NCBI RefSeq assembly: GCF_006345805.1
Contig: NC_042998.1
Coordinates: 163,742,001 to 163,806,000, forward strand
Source of the DNA: Octopus sinensis
Lineage: Eukaryota
DNA length: 64,000 nt
Direction of reading: 5' to 3'
The position numbers and the translations under genes are program-made. The first letter of the stretch is position 1, and each line of letters starts with the position of its first letter. This document shows positions 12,506-25,394 of the stretch, one piece after another. The notes under the pieces are model-generated. The model had not been told where the DNA came from and searched no databases. It saw only the letters and a list, made by a program, of their open reading frames with translations.

Positions 12506-15424
12506 TTGACTTACATATAAAAATATCCTTAAGTATCACTAGTCATGCTTATGTACACAAGAATTAAACAGATGGAGGCATGGCTTGGTTCAGGCATGGC
12601 TGTGTGGTTAAGAAGCTTGCCTTGGAACCACATGATTTGAAGTTCAGTTCCACTGCATGGCACCTTTGGGCAAGTGACTTCTTCTATAGCCCTGGACCAA
12701 CAAAAGACTTGCAAGTGGATTTGGTTGGCAGAAACTGTGTGGAAACCTATCATGTGTATTTTTCCTGTGTCATCTCTTTTTCTTATATTCATCTAATACT
12801 TTCATCTGAAACATACATATATTGAGTTCTACACCAGGTTATTAGCCTCACAATGCCTAAGCAAAATATATACAGTGGGATTCTTTTAGTTTCCATCTAC
12901 CAAATCCACTCTCAAGGCTTTGGTCAGTCCAATGCTATAATAGAAGATGCATGCCCAAGTTGTGCTGTGGGACTGAACCCAGAACCATGTGATCAGAAAG
13001 CAAACATCTTACCATGCGGCCACACCTATGCCTATCTGTCCTTCACTTATATAGAGAAACTCAAAACCCTCTGTTACCAGCAGAAGTAATAGCTTCCTGA
13101 ACTATTTCTTGTTCTTAATTTGACTGCTATGCTTTCAGAGCACCCGCCTCCACTGCTAATAAGGTCAACTAAGTAACAGAAGCTGTCAGCTATTTCTAGG
13201 AAGTCACTAACACATTTGAAATACTCTATTACACATGTGTTCTTGGTGTCTCATCCAGAAGTTAACATTTTCAAAACCACACCTACTAATTCTCACAGTA
13301 CAATAATATTAATGACACTCAATTAGTAAACCTAAATCTTGTTAAACCAATTAGTCCTTTCAAGTCTACTGCTATTTATTATGAACACTAATAAACCTAC
13401 TATGTGTAAATAACTGTTCTAATTGTAAATCGTTTTAATTAATTAATTAATTAATTATTCCTTTGAAGTCAACAGCTGCTATTAACATTAAGAACAACTA
13501 CTGCACATAACTTTTGTAATTGTCAATTGTATTAATTAATTACATTAATTAACAACAATTAAATCTGCAGCTGTTAATAAACACTGATTGTAACTAACTA
13601 ATCCAGTTGTACACCAAGCCAATTATTAATTCTTTCTGTACAACTGCTGGAAGCTTTCTCAATGACTACACCATATTCACTTCCAGTAATGGCAATACAG
13701 CTGAACAGATGAGTTATTATTGAAGTGGCTGCTCAGAGACTATGAGTTCAAATCCACCATTGTCATTTTGCTGTGTTTCTGAGTAGAGTTCCCTAGATGA
13801 GTAATTACCAGATCACCTGGATATCTCAAACTCTAATTATTTCAGTATACCTTGTCAATGGTATCTGGACCATAGTTCTGATTATGAGCTGTTGTGTTGT
13901 TGCTGTGTTATGTTTTGTTTAGCCCTAGCTCAGCCTGACTGAGCTGGCATATGACTGAGGGCATTCTAGCTATGACCATCCTATCTTTACAGACAGCATA
14001 ACTATGGCTATTTTATGTAAAATATCCTATGTTTTTTTGAAGATCGCAAGCTGTACTATGGGGGAGGTTTAGCTACTGTTTCTAGGTCAAACAATCATGT
14101 ATCAGGCTCTTTCATTGCTTCATTGCCTGCCTAGCTGATATCATCATCCTTTAACATCTATTTTCCATCACCCATCAATTTCAGTCAAATTTAATTAATA
14201 TATAACATCTGTTTTCCATGCTGGCATGGGTTGTGCAGTTTGACCAGGGCTGGCTAGCAGAAGAGCTGCACTACATTCCAGTCTAATTTGACTTGATTTC
14301 TACAGATGGTTGGATATCCTTCCTAACACCAATCACTTTACAGTGTGTGTTGGGTGCTTTTAACAGGGAACCAGCACGAATATATGCACAACATTCCATT
14401 CTATTCAGCTGTTTTCAATCTTCTCTGCTGGTTAAACTATCTTACATATACCGGTTTACTTATACGGGCCAGTTGGAGAGGGCTTCACACGAGAATTTGC
14501 CCTGGCTTTCAGCCCTTCCCATGCTAAATTCTTCATGTGCTGTCAACCACTTGAATATCTTTGACCACAAAACTTCTTCCACTTTTAATTTGTATTCTCT
14601 TAGAGTCAAGGAGAAGCAAAAAGCAGTAAAAGGTCTGCAAATTTTGAATATAGCATGAATTCTTGTGATCTGATAGCTGTTCCCATATTTGGAAATGTTA
14701 GCAATTGGATCATTCCTTCCTTCCATTATTTTCAATCAAGACGGATGTTTCACTGATCAGGTGAGATCAACATTTGATCATGAGCACTTTCCAGGATGAT
14801 ATACATATATATATATCACATATATATATATATGGCCCAGTGGTTAGGGCAGCAGACTCACGGTTTCGATTCCCAGACCGGGCGTTGTGAGTGTTTATTG
14901 AGCGTAAACACCTAAAGTTCCACGACGCTCCGGCAGGGGGGGGGGGGGATCCCTGCTGTACTCTTTCACCACAACTTTCTCTCACTCTTTCTTTTGTTGG
15001 TCTGCTCGCTTAGCCAGCGGGGTGACCAGCGATGTGTAGCAACATCTGATGGCCTGGTCAATCACGTGATCACGTGATATATATCCTATTTATTGATGAC
15101 TTATGAAAGGCAAACTGTCTTAATACTACATAAATAATATTTTCATAAACAAACCCAAAGGCTTAGCAAGTTACGGAGAGAAAGCTACTATGGAAGACTC
15201 ATAGTATAATAACTGTATAATATATATCATAATGATATTTATTCTCTGATTTGAAGCGACAGTTTTTGTTTAAATATAAATAAATGACTGAAAATGATGA
15301 ACTAACCTCAGGCTGAATTGAACTCACAAATAAACGCTTACACGGTTCCTTGTGAATCTGATTAGCCAAATGTCACCCATCAATTTCGGTCAAATTTAGT
15401 TGATATATACTTAAACTGTCTTAA

Positions 15425-15644
15425 CCCTTTCATTACCAAGCCAGCTGAAACTGACTCTGGCTCTGAGTACAAATGTCTCGTTTTCATAAGTTTTGAATTA
15501 TAATCTGCCACCAAACCTTAGTCACAATTTATGTTCCTAACACTAGCTGAATGAAAACTAAGTTATTTTATTAAATTTTTTGTTATATTTAAAATAATTG
15601 AAAGAAATACAGAGCATCTCAAAATAAATACAGTAACAAAAGGG
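15425..15644. mobile_element. piggyBac-like MITE, family 1
   Basis: TTAA at 15421-24 and 15645-48; ends ccctttcattac / gtaacaaaaggg; an empty-site paralog is present at 15112-15135. Confidence 0.88.
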
Positions 15645-15651
15645 TTAATAC

Positions 15652-15868
15652 TACATAAATAATATCTTTATAAACAAACCCAAAAGGCTTTGCAAGTTAT
15701 GGAGAGAAAGCTATTATGGAAAACTCATTGTATAATAACTATATAATATATATCATACTCATAGTATGATATATATTATACAGTTATTATACAATGAGCC
15801 TTCCATAGTAGCTTCCTCTGCATAACTTGCAAAGCCTTTTGGGTTTGTCTATCAAAATATTATTTATA
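15652..15868. repeat. Palindrome of about 105-bp arms; the left arm is also a direct repeat of 15124-15232
   Basis: Centre atcatact-cat-agtatgat; aaacccaaaaggctttgcaagttatg / cataacttgcaaagccttttgggttt. Confidence 0.9.
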
Positions 15869-16596
15869 TATACATTTATAATTGTCATCATCATTCTTTT
15901 AACATCCATTTTTCCATGCTTGCATGGGTTAGGTGGAAAGTATTGTGGCAGATTTTCCATAGCTGGATGCCTTTCATCTTACAAATCCTTACCTAGAAGA
16001 AACAAGATAATATTTCCCCTTGAATGATATTGCTTGTATGAGTGACAATCATTTCCAACAATCATGCTGCATAAAGACAAAGAGACACAGACATAAACCC
16101 ATTCAAATATGCATGCATGTTGTGTGTGTGTGTACATCATCATCATTTAACATCCATTGTCCATGCTGGCATGGGTTGGACAGTTTGACCAGAGCTAGCT
16201 CCATCAGGCTCCTGTCTGATTTGGCATGGTTTCTACAACTGGATACCCTTCCTAAAGCCAACCATTATACGGAGTGTGCTGGATGCTTTTGCATGGCCCC
16301 ACACAGGCGATTTTACATGGCACTGCATGGGTGCTCTTACATGGTACTGCACAAGGGCTTTTACATAGCACCTCACCAGCACTTTTACATGACACCACAC
16401 AGGCACTTTTACATAGCACCACCACAAGTGCTTTTTATGTGACACCAGCACAGGACCCTTGCAGGTCAATCCTCTTCATCAGGGAGAGTAATCTTAACAC
16501 TTCTGCTGTGAAGCACAGGTCTTCTTGAGTACAGCAAGGCACCAGGCATCCCAGTCCTTTGTCATCTTGCATTAAAAGGTTCAGCATCCTGAAGTC

Positions 16597-16637
<41 letters not shown>

Positions 16638-17789
16638 CTCACACACATATACAGTGGGCTTCTCTCAGTTTCTATGTACCAAATACACTCACAAAGATTT
16701 TGTCACTCAAAGGCTATAGTAGAAGACACTTGCCCAAGGTGCCATACAAAGGGACTGAACCCCAAAACCACATGGTAGGAATACAAGTTTCTCAACCACA
16801 CACCCATGCCTGCACCTACTATATGTGTGTGTGTGTGTCTAAATACACCCGCCCATCTTACCTATCTAGCAGTCATTTTCTGCTCCATTTACAAACGTGG
16901 CATTCTCTCATTTATAACTACAAGATATATTTCATAACACAATATACAAATTTACATAATTATAAATATTCAGCTTACAGTTATTATAACACTCGTAGCA
17001 TGTCACTGATAAAGAAACCCTTTGAAGAAATCAAGAATTCAAACAAAAATATTAGTGTTTCTCTTTTCCCTTTCATCATTATGTGTAAAACACATGGAAC
17101 TGTAATATTTATAGTACCTTTTATAGTAATTTGAGAAGACTGAATAGCAGGTACTCTGCATTATAATTGGTAATGCGGTCACCCAACAGTGAGTCTGATG
17201 CACTTTTCTGTCTCAAATTGGTGCTTATAATGTTTACTATCTTTATATGATACATATTCCTCTTACGTTAGAAGATTAGGGGGTACAAGTGAGATGTGTG
17301 TAGTTATTAGAAATCTTGGAAAGCTGGAATTTACTCTAAGAATATATTAAAGGTATAAGAATTCCATAGTTGTGGCAATTATCAGAATGATTGAATGAGC
17401 TTATATGTTATTTGGTAACGAATTTTGGCAAATAATTGTTATGTCTATGGTGAAAAGTGGTGATGTTGCAGCTTCAAGTAGCTACTAAGTACAGCTAACA
17501 AATCTGAAAGATCAAAGTTCATTGTGAAAATGGTAAAACAGAGCTGGTACTACCATTTGAGAAGTTGAGGCATGTTAGCTGTCAGTTACGAAAAAGTTTC
17601 TAACTAGTCAGAAAAAAAAAACTCGTTTTAAATTGTAATGTTTCTACACTCCATTTGGCTTTCATTCTTCATTCCTTTCTAGTTGCTACATTAGTGCTGG
17701 TACGAAGCAACAAGAGGTGCATCTACACAGTTGATTGGCCTGCTAGATCATCATTTATTTATCATTATGGCCAGGTTCCAACTCGGGCT

Positions 17790-18180
17790 ACAGTAACAAC
17801 TTCTTGGTCCATCATCACTGCCTCGAGGTTCTGGAAACATTGTAGGCCAGTGTCTGCCATCAAGTTGCCAATGACATTTTCCTCTTCTTACTTCACCATG
17901 AAATGGGTTCAACAAGACTAATTTGAATGCTTCCTCTACAGAGTGACACACACAGTAACCAGATGCTCACAGCTGTCTTTACCTGATCTTCTCACTAACT
18001 TTCGGCTGGTCTCCCTAAAGGCATTCATTTTGCCATATGTTGCCGTTTCACATTTAGGGCCATTTGTAGCATCCGTGTGTAGCATCCATGTAGCCCGTTT
18101 GACAATATTTGTGTCAGTGTCTATGTTTCACAGCTATATAATAGCACTAATTTGACAGTTGCAATGAACAGCTTGATTTT
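17790..18180 (-). mobile_element. Old RTE-group LINE RT C-terminal fragment (different family)
   Basis: Minus strand reads KIKLFIATVKLVLLYSCET*TLT...GCYTRMLQMALNV...LVLLNPFHGEVRRGK, matching the LLYGxETWTL and HGxxxRGRP motifs. Confidence 0.75.
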
Positions 18181-19059
18181 GATCAATTAACGCCTACTTT
18201 TCCCTGCTGGTATGGGTCAGATGGAATTTGTCGAGGCAGATTTTCTATGAATGGATGCCATTTCTATTGCCAACCCTCACTTGTTTCCAAGCAAGCTAAT
18301 ATTTCCCTTTGGCCAGATAAGGTTTTTTACAGAGAACTGGGAACATTACTTGTATGACAGTGATGATCATTTGCATCATGTAATGTGAAGACCTGGGTAC
18401 ATAAATACATATATGTATATGATGGGCTTCTTCCAGTTTCTGTCTACCAAATCTACTTACTAGGCTTTGGTTAATCTGGGGCTATAGAAGAAGTGACACT
18501 TGCATAGAGCAGCCAAATCTCCCTCAAATCACTCAGACTAATTTCTTTAAAAAAATGGAAAAGTAGAACATATTAGATGCACCATGTTTGAAAATGATGA
18601 GTTAGTAACAACTAGAATGTATTTGGTTGTATGCCTGTTAAATCTGCGCTGTCCTTTTACATATCTATATGTTACTACCATTTCACATTTAGGGCCTTTC
18701 ATAGCATCCTTTTAGCCTGTTTAATAATTCATACCATGCATATTAATCCCAAACATTGTTATCTCTCCTTTGTCTATCAACCAATGCCTTGTATTTCCTG
18801 CTACCTTTTCATCTCACTAGAGGATTCATCAACCTGCTAGGAAAAGTAGCCAAATTCCTTTCATATTACACCCTGTTGTCTTTAAAAATGGAAGTGCTAT
18901 AGTGGATCTGTAGATGATGCAGTCTGAGATACATTTTGCCTGAAAAAAAAAGAAGAGATGGCCATAGTTTTGTTCCTTTGGGGATGACCTGATAAACGTT
19001 TCCTGTTTCTTTTTTGAGTTTGGTCTGGAGGAAAGAACTGTGTTCATGGCTTTTGCTGT

Positions 19060-19570
19060 CTCTCCACCACTGGTGAGATTGAGATTGATATAAACACATG
19101 CTGAGAGGGATTTCTAGAGAGACCATATTCTGAGAAGGAAAGACTGGTCATAGTTGATAGTGTAGGACTTATGTGAGTCAATGTAATATAAGTTGTAAAA
19201 GAAAAGACAAAGGAGTTGGGAATTCTTGAAAGCAGGTGGCATAAGACAAACCAGCTTTAAGGAAGTAGAGGCCAATACTACTATGGTAGAAAAAGCAGAG
19301 AAAGAAAGAACGATGAGAATGTGTTTGTGGACCAGGTGTTGGTATCTGGTGAATGACTTCATGCCAGTCAGTCTCTTGGTCTTCCTTGAAATGCAGGTCT
19401 AAGATGCCTGCATGTGTAACCACAGTGCTGTCCCAGATATGGGTGTAGTATTCCATTGTGAATCTCATTTGAGCTTTGTAGAGGGTTGGTAGTTTTTGGG
19501 TGCTGATGTGTTTTCTAGTTCTGAATAGGTAGACCAGTCTTTGCCATGTGTGTTCATCAGGAAAAATCTT
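19060..19570 (-). mobile_element. CR1/Jockey-group LINE RT C-terminal fragment
   Basis: RLVYLFRTRKHIS...LYKAQMRFTMEYYTHIWDS resembles LYKAQxRPxMEYCSHIW. Confidence 0.75.
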
Positions 19571-20364
19571 CAACAATGGTGAGATCCGGTGTTTACTGCA
19601 GTCTTGAGGACTTTTGTTGTGTCATGTTCCAGTTTAGCAGGTACAAAGGGTCTCTATGTTTTTTTAATATTTGTAGTGATTGTGAATGGATCAAAAATAT
19701 TAGAATTCCAATTCATTGGTAGTGAGTTCATATCTACTTCAGACAATATGTATTTGTTAGGCACCTAACTGGCAGAATTATTAGACCCTAGGAAAAAAAA
19801 ACTTGTAGTAGTTGTTCCATTTTCTGTTTTGTGATTAAATCTCTGTTAAGTCAAGTTTGCCTTTCTTGTTGGCTCAGTAAAATAAATTACCTGTTCAGAT
19901 TAATGAGTTGGCAGAATTGTTAGAGCTGCCTTAAATAGGATGCTTTATGGTCATTAGCGTTGCCAATGTGTTTACCACCCTTAAAATTGCTATTCTCCCC
20001 CCCCCTACCCATCCAAGCCTCCATACAGACTTATACAACAGACTTAGAAGTATTGCCCCCTCACCTACCATCTCCCTACTCCCTAACTGTGCTGCTGTTT
20101 ATTATATGAGTTTTTATCTCTCAGTGTTCTGAGTTCTTGAGCACCTTCACCATGGTTCGCTCCATTGCAAGAATTTGGGCCTGGTCTGTCTTTGAGTATA
20201 GTGTCCTCCTTTTCCCCATCAGTCTCAGAGCCCCACAAAAATAAATAAATAGAATAAAAAAGAGGGCAGAAGTCATGACACTGCCTTTCACTCATTGACG
20301 AAGCTATAAAAAGATATAGATGCATTCTTAATTCCGTATGTTTTAGCTCACCTGGTTTTGTTAA

Positions 20365-20585
20365 CCCCTAAGCATTCAAACTACTCTGTCAAATGTAATG
20401 CTCTTTCATTCACATTGTTTTGAATTAATCATGTAATATCTTGTAGCTTTGAGATTTTGATGATGTGATTGTTTACATTTTGAATGACATTGTTGAGTAG
20501 GTGTGAGAGGCCAGATGTGGCCGGTTTGAACATAAAACAGTTGGAACATTTTAGGCCAGATATGGCCTGTTTAAATGCTAAAGGG
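20365..20585. mobile_element. piggyBac-like MITE, family 2
   Basis: ttaa-cccctaagcatt ... aatgctaaaggg; colinear with 9470-9685. Confidence 0.8.
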
Positions 20586-21066
20586 CTAGAGTTGATTTAT
20601 TGGCTGATTGATTGACTGAACAATTGATAGTCAGATGTTTGATTAGTTAATTGTTTAAATGTTAAAGAATTGACTAAATAATTATGATGATGATTTCAGA
20701 TTTTGGCACAAGGCCAGCAATTTCGAGGGTGTGTGTAAGTCAATTACCTCAACTCCAGTATTCAACTGGTACTTATTTTATTGACCCCTAAAAAGACAAA
20801 AGGCTAGGTCGACCTCAGCAGTATTTGAACTCGGAATGTTAAGACAGACGAAATGCTGCTATGCCTTTTGCCCAGCGCAGTAACAATTCTGCCATCTTGC
20901 TGCTTTAATCATAATAATAATAATATTAATAATAATAATAATAATAATCTAGATGAATTATCTCATTGAAGACAATGTGTGAATGTTCTACTTTTGCCAA
21001 AGGAGCTGCACAAATGATTTGTTTACAGTGATCAAATGTTCATGCCACACATTAGCTCACTCTCTC

Positions 21067-21440
21067 ATCATCATCACCATCATCATTTAACGTCCGCTTT
21101 CCATGCTAGCATGTGTTGGACGATTTGACTGGGGATTGGTGAATCAGATGGCTGCACCAGGCTCCAATCTGATCTGGCAGAGTTTCTACAGCTAGATGCC
21201 CTTTCTAACGCCAGCCACTCCAAGAGTGTAGTGGGTGCTTTTACATGCCACCGGCACAAGGGCCAGTCAGGGGCTACTGGCAACGACCTCGCTCAGATGG
21301 TGTTTTTTACGTGCCACTTGCACAGGAGTCAGTCCAGTGGCACTGGCAACGACCTCGCTTGATTATTTTGTTCACATGTCACCGGCACAAGTGCCAGTAA
21401 GGCGACGCTGGTAACGATCACGCTCAAATGGTGCTTAAAT
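21067..21440 (-). mobile_element. RTE 3'UTR fragment with internal tandem units; similar copies near 4090, 14140, 16135, 26585, 30285, 32570, 32890, 39220, 40075, 49030
   Basis: (CAT)n-ttaacgtccgctttccatgctagcatg ... gatgcccttcctaacgcc ... repeated gcttttacatgccacc units. Confidence 0.8.
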
Positions 21441-22909
21441 AATAATAATAATAATAATAATAGTAATAATAATAATAATAATAATAAAAGAAGCGAAATA
21501 AAACCAGTACGTGTATTTATCATTGGTATAATAACCCTCCCAAGATATCAGATCTAGGAATGTTACTTGCAATACAATGGTACTTTGTTCTGTGTGTAAT
21601 CAAACACGATTCTGTTGAATGCTGCTAATTCAAATGACGATCTTTATGAGATTTAGAGCACCCTTTGGATAACATATATCATAAATCACACACTGTTCTT
21701 TTGATAAATATTCTAGGGTAGCTTATAATCCTTTCTACTATAGGCACAAGGCCTGAAATTTTGTGGGAGGGGACTAGTCTATTACATCGACCTCAGTGTT
21801 TCAGTGGTACTTAATTTACCGATACCAAAAGAATGAAAGGCAAAGTCGACCTCCGCGGAATTTGAACTTAGAAGGTAAAAATGGACGAAATGCCGCTAAG
21901 CATTTTGCCCCGAGGGATAACGATTCTTCCAGCTTGCCTCCTTTAGGGTACCTAACAATAACAATGGACATCTGTCACTTTCAGTGTAGAGCTTTCAGTT
22001 GTCCGATCACTGAACTACCTGGCCATTGAATTTGTGTGTAAATGAGTTAACATTTCTCGGGTACAAGTACCCTTAACATAATTCTTGAATGGATTCAGCT
22101 CGATCCAAGTGTGAAAAAAATTTCACAATTAAATTTTAACTGCAACCCATCTAGGTACAAAATTCCGTTTATCTAATTTTCACTCAGTAGGCGTGGTTCG
22201 ACCCGTGGTTATTTGGTAAAAAGAAAAGAAAAACTCTCATCCAAGATTCCACACTCTGTGATAGAACCCGGACCAGACGATTTCGAAGCCATGCCGTGTT
22301 CACTATCAATCTATCGGTTTCATTTACATTGAAAGTCCTAGTGTTAAAGCATACTATCAAAGGGAAATAACTGCTACATTTGTATTTTGAGTTACTTCCC
22401 TTAGATTTTTTTTGGGGGGGGAAAAAACCCCAAAAAAGCTTTTTGTTTTGTTGCCAATAAGTTTGTTTATATTGATTCTGATAAAAATGGGCTTCCTTTT
22501 ATTTATGTGCTTTATTTTTACTGCTCTCCTATTCAGAGGGTTCTCGAATATACATTAAAAAATACATATCTTTTTCTGGGTATGTGTGTACCTTGGACTA
22601 CATTGGTTGCTATTTCTGGAAGGTAAAATAAAGAGTAGAATTTCCAGTGTTATAAAACTGTTGTGGAACATTTCAATCATAGTAGCCCTTGTGTAAAACT
22701 TTGGCTGAGAAGTTTGCCTTACAAACATGTGGTTCTCAGCACTTTGAGCAAACCTATGCTATTGTTGCCCCAGGGTGACTGGAATTATCCTGGTTAGAAT
22801 TTTGCATGTGTAAACTGCGTGCTTGCTATATACTTCTGTGCCTTTTCCAACTTTATTTACTTTGTTTAGGTATAATTTTTGACTTGTATAGACTCCTAAC
22901 CACTTTTCG

Positions 22910-22951
<42 letters not shown>

Positions 22952-23289
22952 TGTGTTTGTATATATTTTTATGCATATCAGAATAAATCTGTTTTGTGTT
23001 AAAAAATAATTTCCTACATATATATTGCCAGCATAAGTAACAAATTGAGATAAGCACTGTGGTGGGTGTTGCTAAGATTAAAATCCCAGAAAGTGGTACG
23101 CCAGTATGGCTGCGATCTAATTTCTGAAACTAGTAAAAAAACACAATAAAATGAAATACAAACATAAGCACTTACACGCACAGATACTTGTGTAAAGTCT
23201 AATCTAACATGTTTAAGTGTACTTGGACATGCAAAGACCTTTCGCTACAGAAATAATCTTGGGAAAAATTTCTCGTCTTAGACAGAAAG

Positions 23290-23755
23290 GGTGAAAACAC
23301 ACTGGGCTGTGAATGATGCTCTGCTGTACAGGTAATGTCAGTGTGCATATACATCAGAATGTAAATAATCTGAGAGAAAAACTAGGTATGCGAGGCACCA
23401 GATGTAGTGTGCAAGAGAGAAGATTACGCTGGTATGGCCATGTTATTCATATGGACAAGAACATAGCATCAAGAAGTGCTGATCTCTAATTGTGGAAGGG
23501 GTAGACCCAGAAAAATGTGAGATGAAGCAATGAGAAAAAAATCGTCAGATGTTGGGCCTCCCAGAGGGGAAAACAAAGGACCAAAACTTCTGGTGGTTTG
23601 CTGTGCTTGAGAAGGGACGTCAAGCTAAGTAAAATTGTGGTTGTCCTTGCATATAGGCATGTCCCCTACGTCCCTCTTCAGCTGAGTGATCCTAATCTTG
23701 CAGGCTCATGGATGCTGGTGCCTTTTAAAAGCATTTGCACTGGTGCTATGTAAAA
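23290..23755 (+). mobile_element. RTE-clade LINE 3' ORF fragment
   Basis: LREKLGMRGTRCSVQERRLRWYGHV motif; homologous to 25395 and 58020. Confidence 0.8.
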
Positions 23756-23759
23756 TGAA

Positions 23760-25040
23760 GAATAAAAGAACCAAGGTATTACCAATGATATTTTGGTTCA
23801 AATCCATTCACAATAAAAATAAAGCAAAATTCACTCAGTTTGATATTGTGGATTTCTAGCTATCGATATTGGAATCACTGTCACATAATACATTAGAGTT
23901 TGCATGTTCATTTACAACCATAGATGAGCAAGAAATACAGGTCATTATCCACAGACATAAGACATTGTTATTTAGTAACAGGTCTGTTTGGACCAAAAAA
24001 GATAACCAATGTGAACTATTCGATGTCCCAATGGGTTCATCATATGATAGCATGGACATATGTGATTTAGTTGGTTTATATGTATTAGACCATCTTAATT
24101 CGAAATTCCTCATCCATAGCATCAGTATATACTGCTACAACGCTTTAGCAGTATCACACAATTGTAATGGCCACACTATGGATTCCTTTAGAAAGCAATT
24201 TACTTCTACCTTCAAGTTTTTAGGATTTAATATACCTAGCAATACCAACCTAACTAAAACTGACTCTGTAAAAGTTTACTTAGATCTCAGAATCAATTCA
24301 CGCAGTCTATTCCACAAGAATAACAAGAACCTTAAATATATTAATAAACACTCTTGTCACCCACCTATTGTATTTAAAAATTTTATTCCAAATATTAGCT
24401 GTGGGATCGCATGTCTTTCTTCTAAAAACTTTTCAAAAAGGCTGCACCATATTATAATAAGGTCTTTACTGATAAAATCTTCTATGACACCCTCACCTTT
24501 TCTATCATCTAGTCATAAGGGTTTATGGTTCGCCACCCACTTTGTCCCTTACTGTTTGGACAAATAAATGTAGGTTGGAGATTATTGCACTTAGTAGATA
24601 TCCACTTCTTTACAACCCAGAGATACTATAAAATCTTTAACAGACATGCAATAAAAGTTACCTTTTCTTGTTTCCCTAATGTTAAGTCATATATCAATAA
24701 AGAACGGATGACTCAAGCCTGCCTTGGATGCACATGTAGGGACAAATCTAAATGTTCTCTAGGACAGAAGTGCAATATATCTTCCATTGTTTATGAAGCA
24801 CAGGTTTCAGCAAATTACAACAATGGTCATGCAAATATCAGAGCTGTGGAAGGAAAATTTAAATCTAAATATAACAACCATCTTTTGAGTTTTAGGCACC
24901 ATGATAAGAGACCTTCAATAACTGTTTCAGCTTTAATCTGAAAACTTAAAAATGAAGGGGCCAATTTCAACTTGAAATGGAAAATCCTCTCCAAATCCAG
25001 ACCCTATATTAATCAGTCCAAAAAAATGTTCAGTATGTTC
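23760..25040 (+). mobile_element. Decayed Penelope-like retroelement (RT plus GIY-YIG endonuclease)
   Basis: WFKSIHNKNKAKFTQFDIVDF, FDVPMGSSYDSMDICDLVGLY, KYINKHSCHPP, FNRHAIKVTFSC, CTCRDKSKCSLGQKC..SIVYEA, FKSKYNNHLLSFRH, KWKILSKSRPY; catalytic motifs degenerate, frameshifted. Confidence 0.88.
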
Positions 25041-25394
25041 TTTTATATGTTCCTGCTGGCTGAAGCTGGGAAGGGAAACCTATGACATCTAGAAATTAAA
25101 ATTTAAAACAAATTTAACAGCTTTACATATTATTAAATAACTCTTTCACAATATGACATAAATTTCTACTTCAAGACTACAGTTTATTCCAGTATATTCT
25201 TATTGACTATTTAAAAATGAATCTGTAAAAAGTAAAACCATTGTTAGACTACATTATCTTCGTTGAACATTACAGTTCATTTTTACTTAAGTAGACTTAT
25301 GTCACTGTGATAACCATCCAAAAGAATTGTAACAGTCTACGGAATCACCATCAAATTATATATGCTGTTTTAGTTTAATTTGGATCATCCATTG

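Noticed and set aside
13300-13640. Dense TAATTA motifs suggesting a homeodomain enhancer
   Set aside because: Expected in AT-rich (TAAT)n low-complexity DNA; no independent evidence.
14400-14790. Overlapping ORFs in non-repetitive-looking sequence
   Set aside because: No recognisable motif or consistent exon boundaries.
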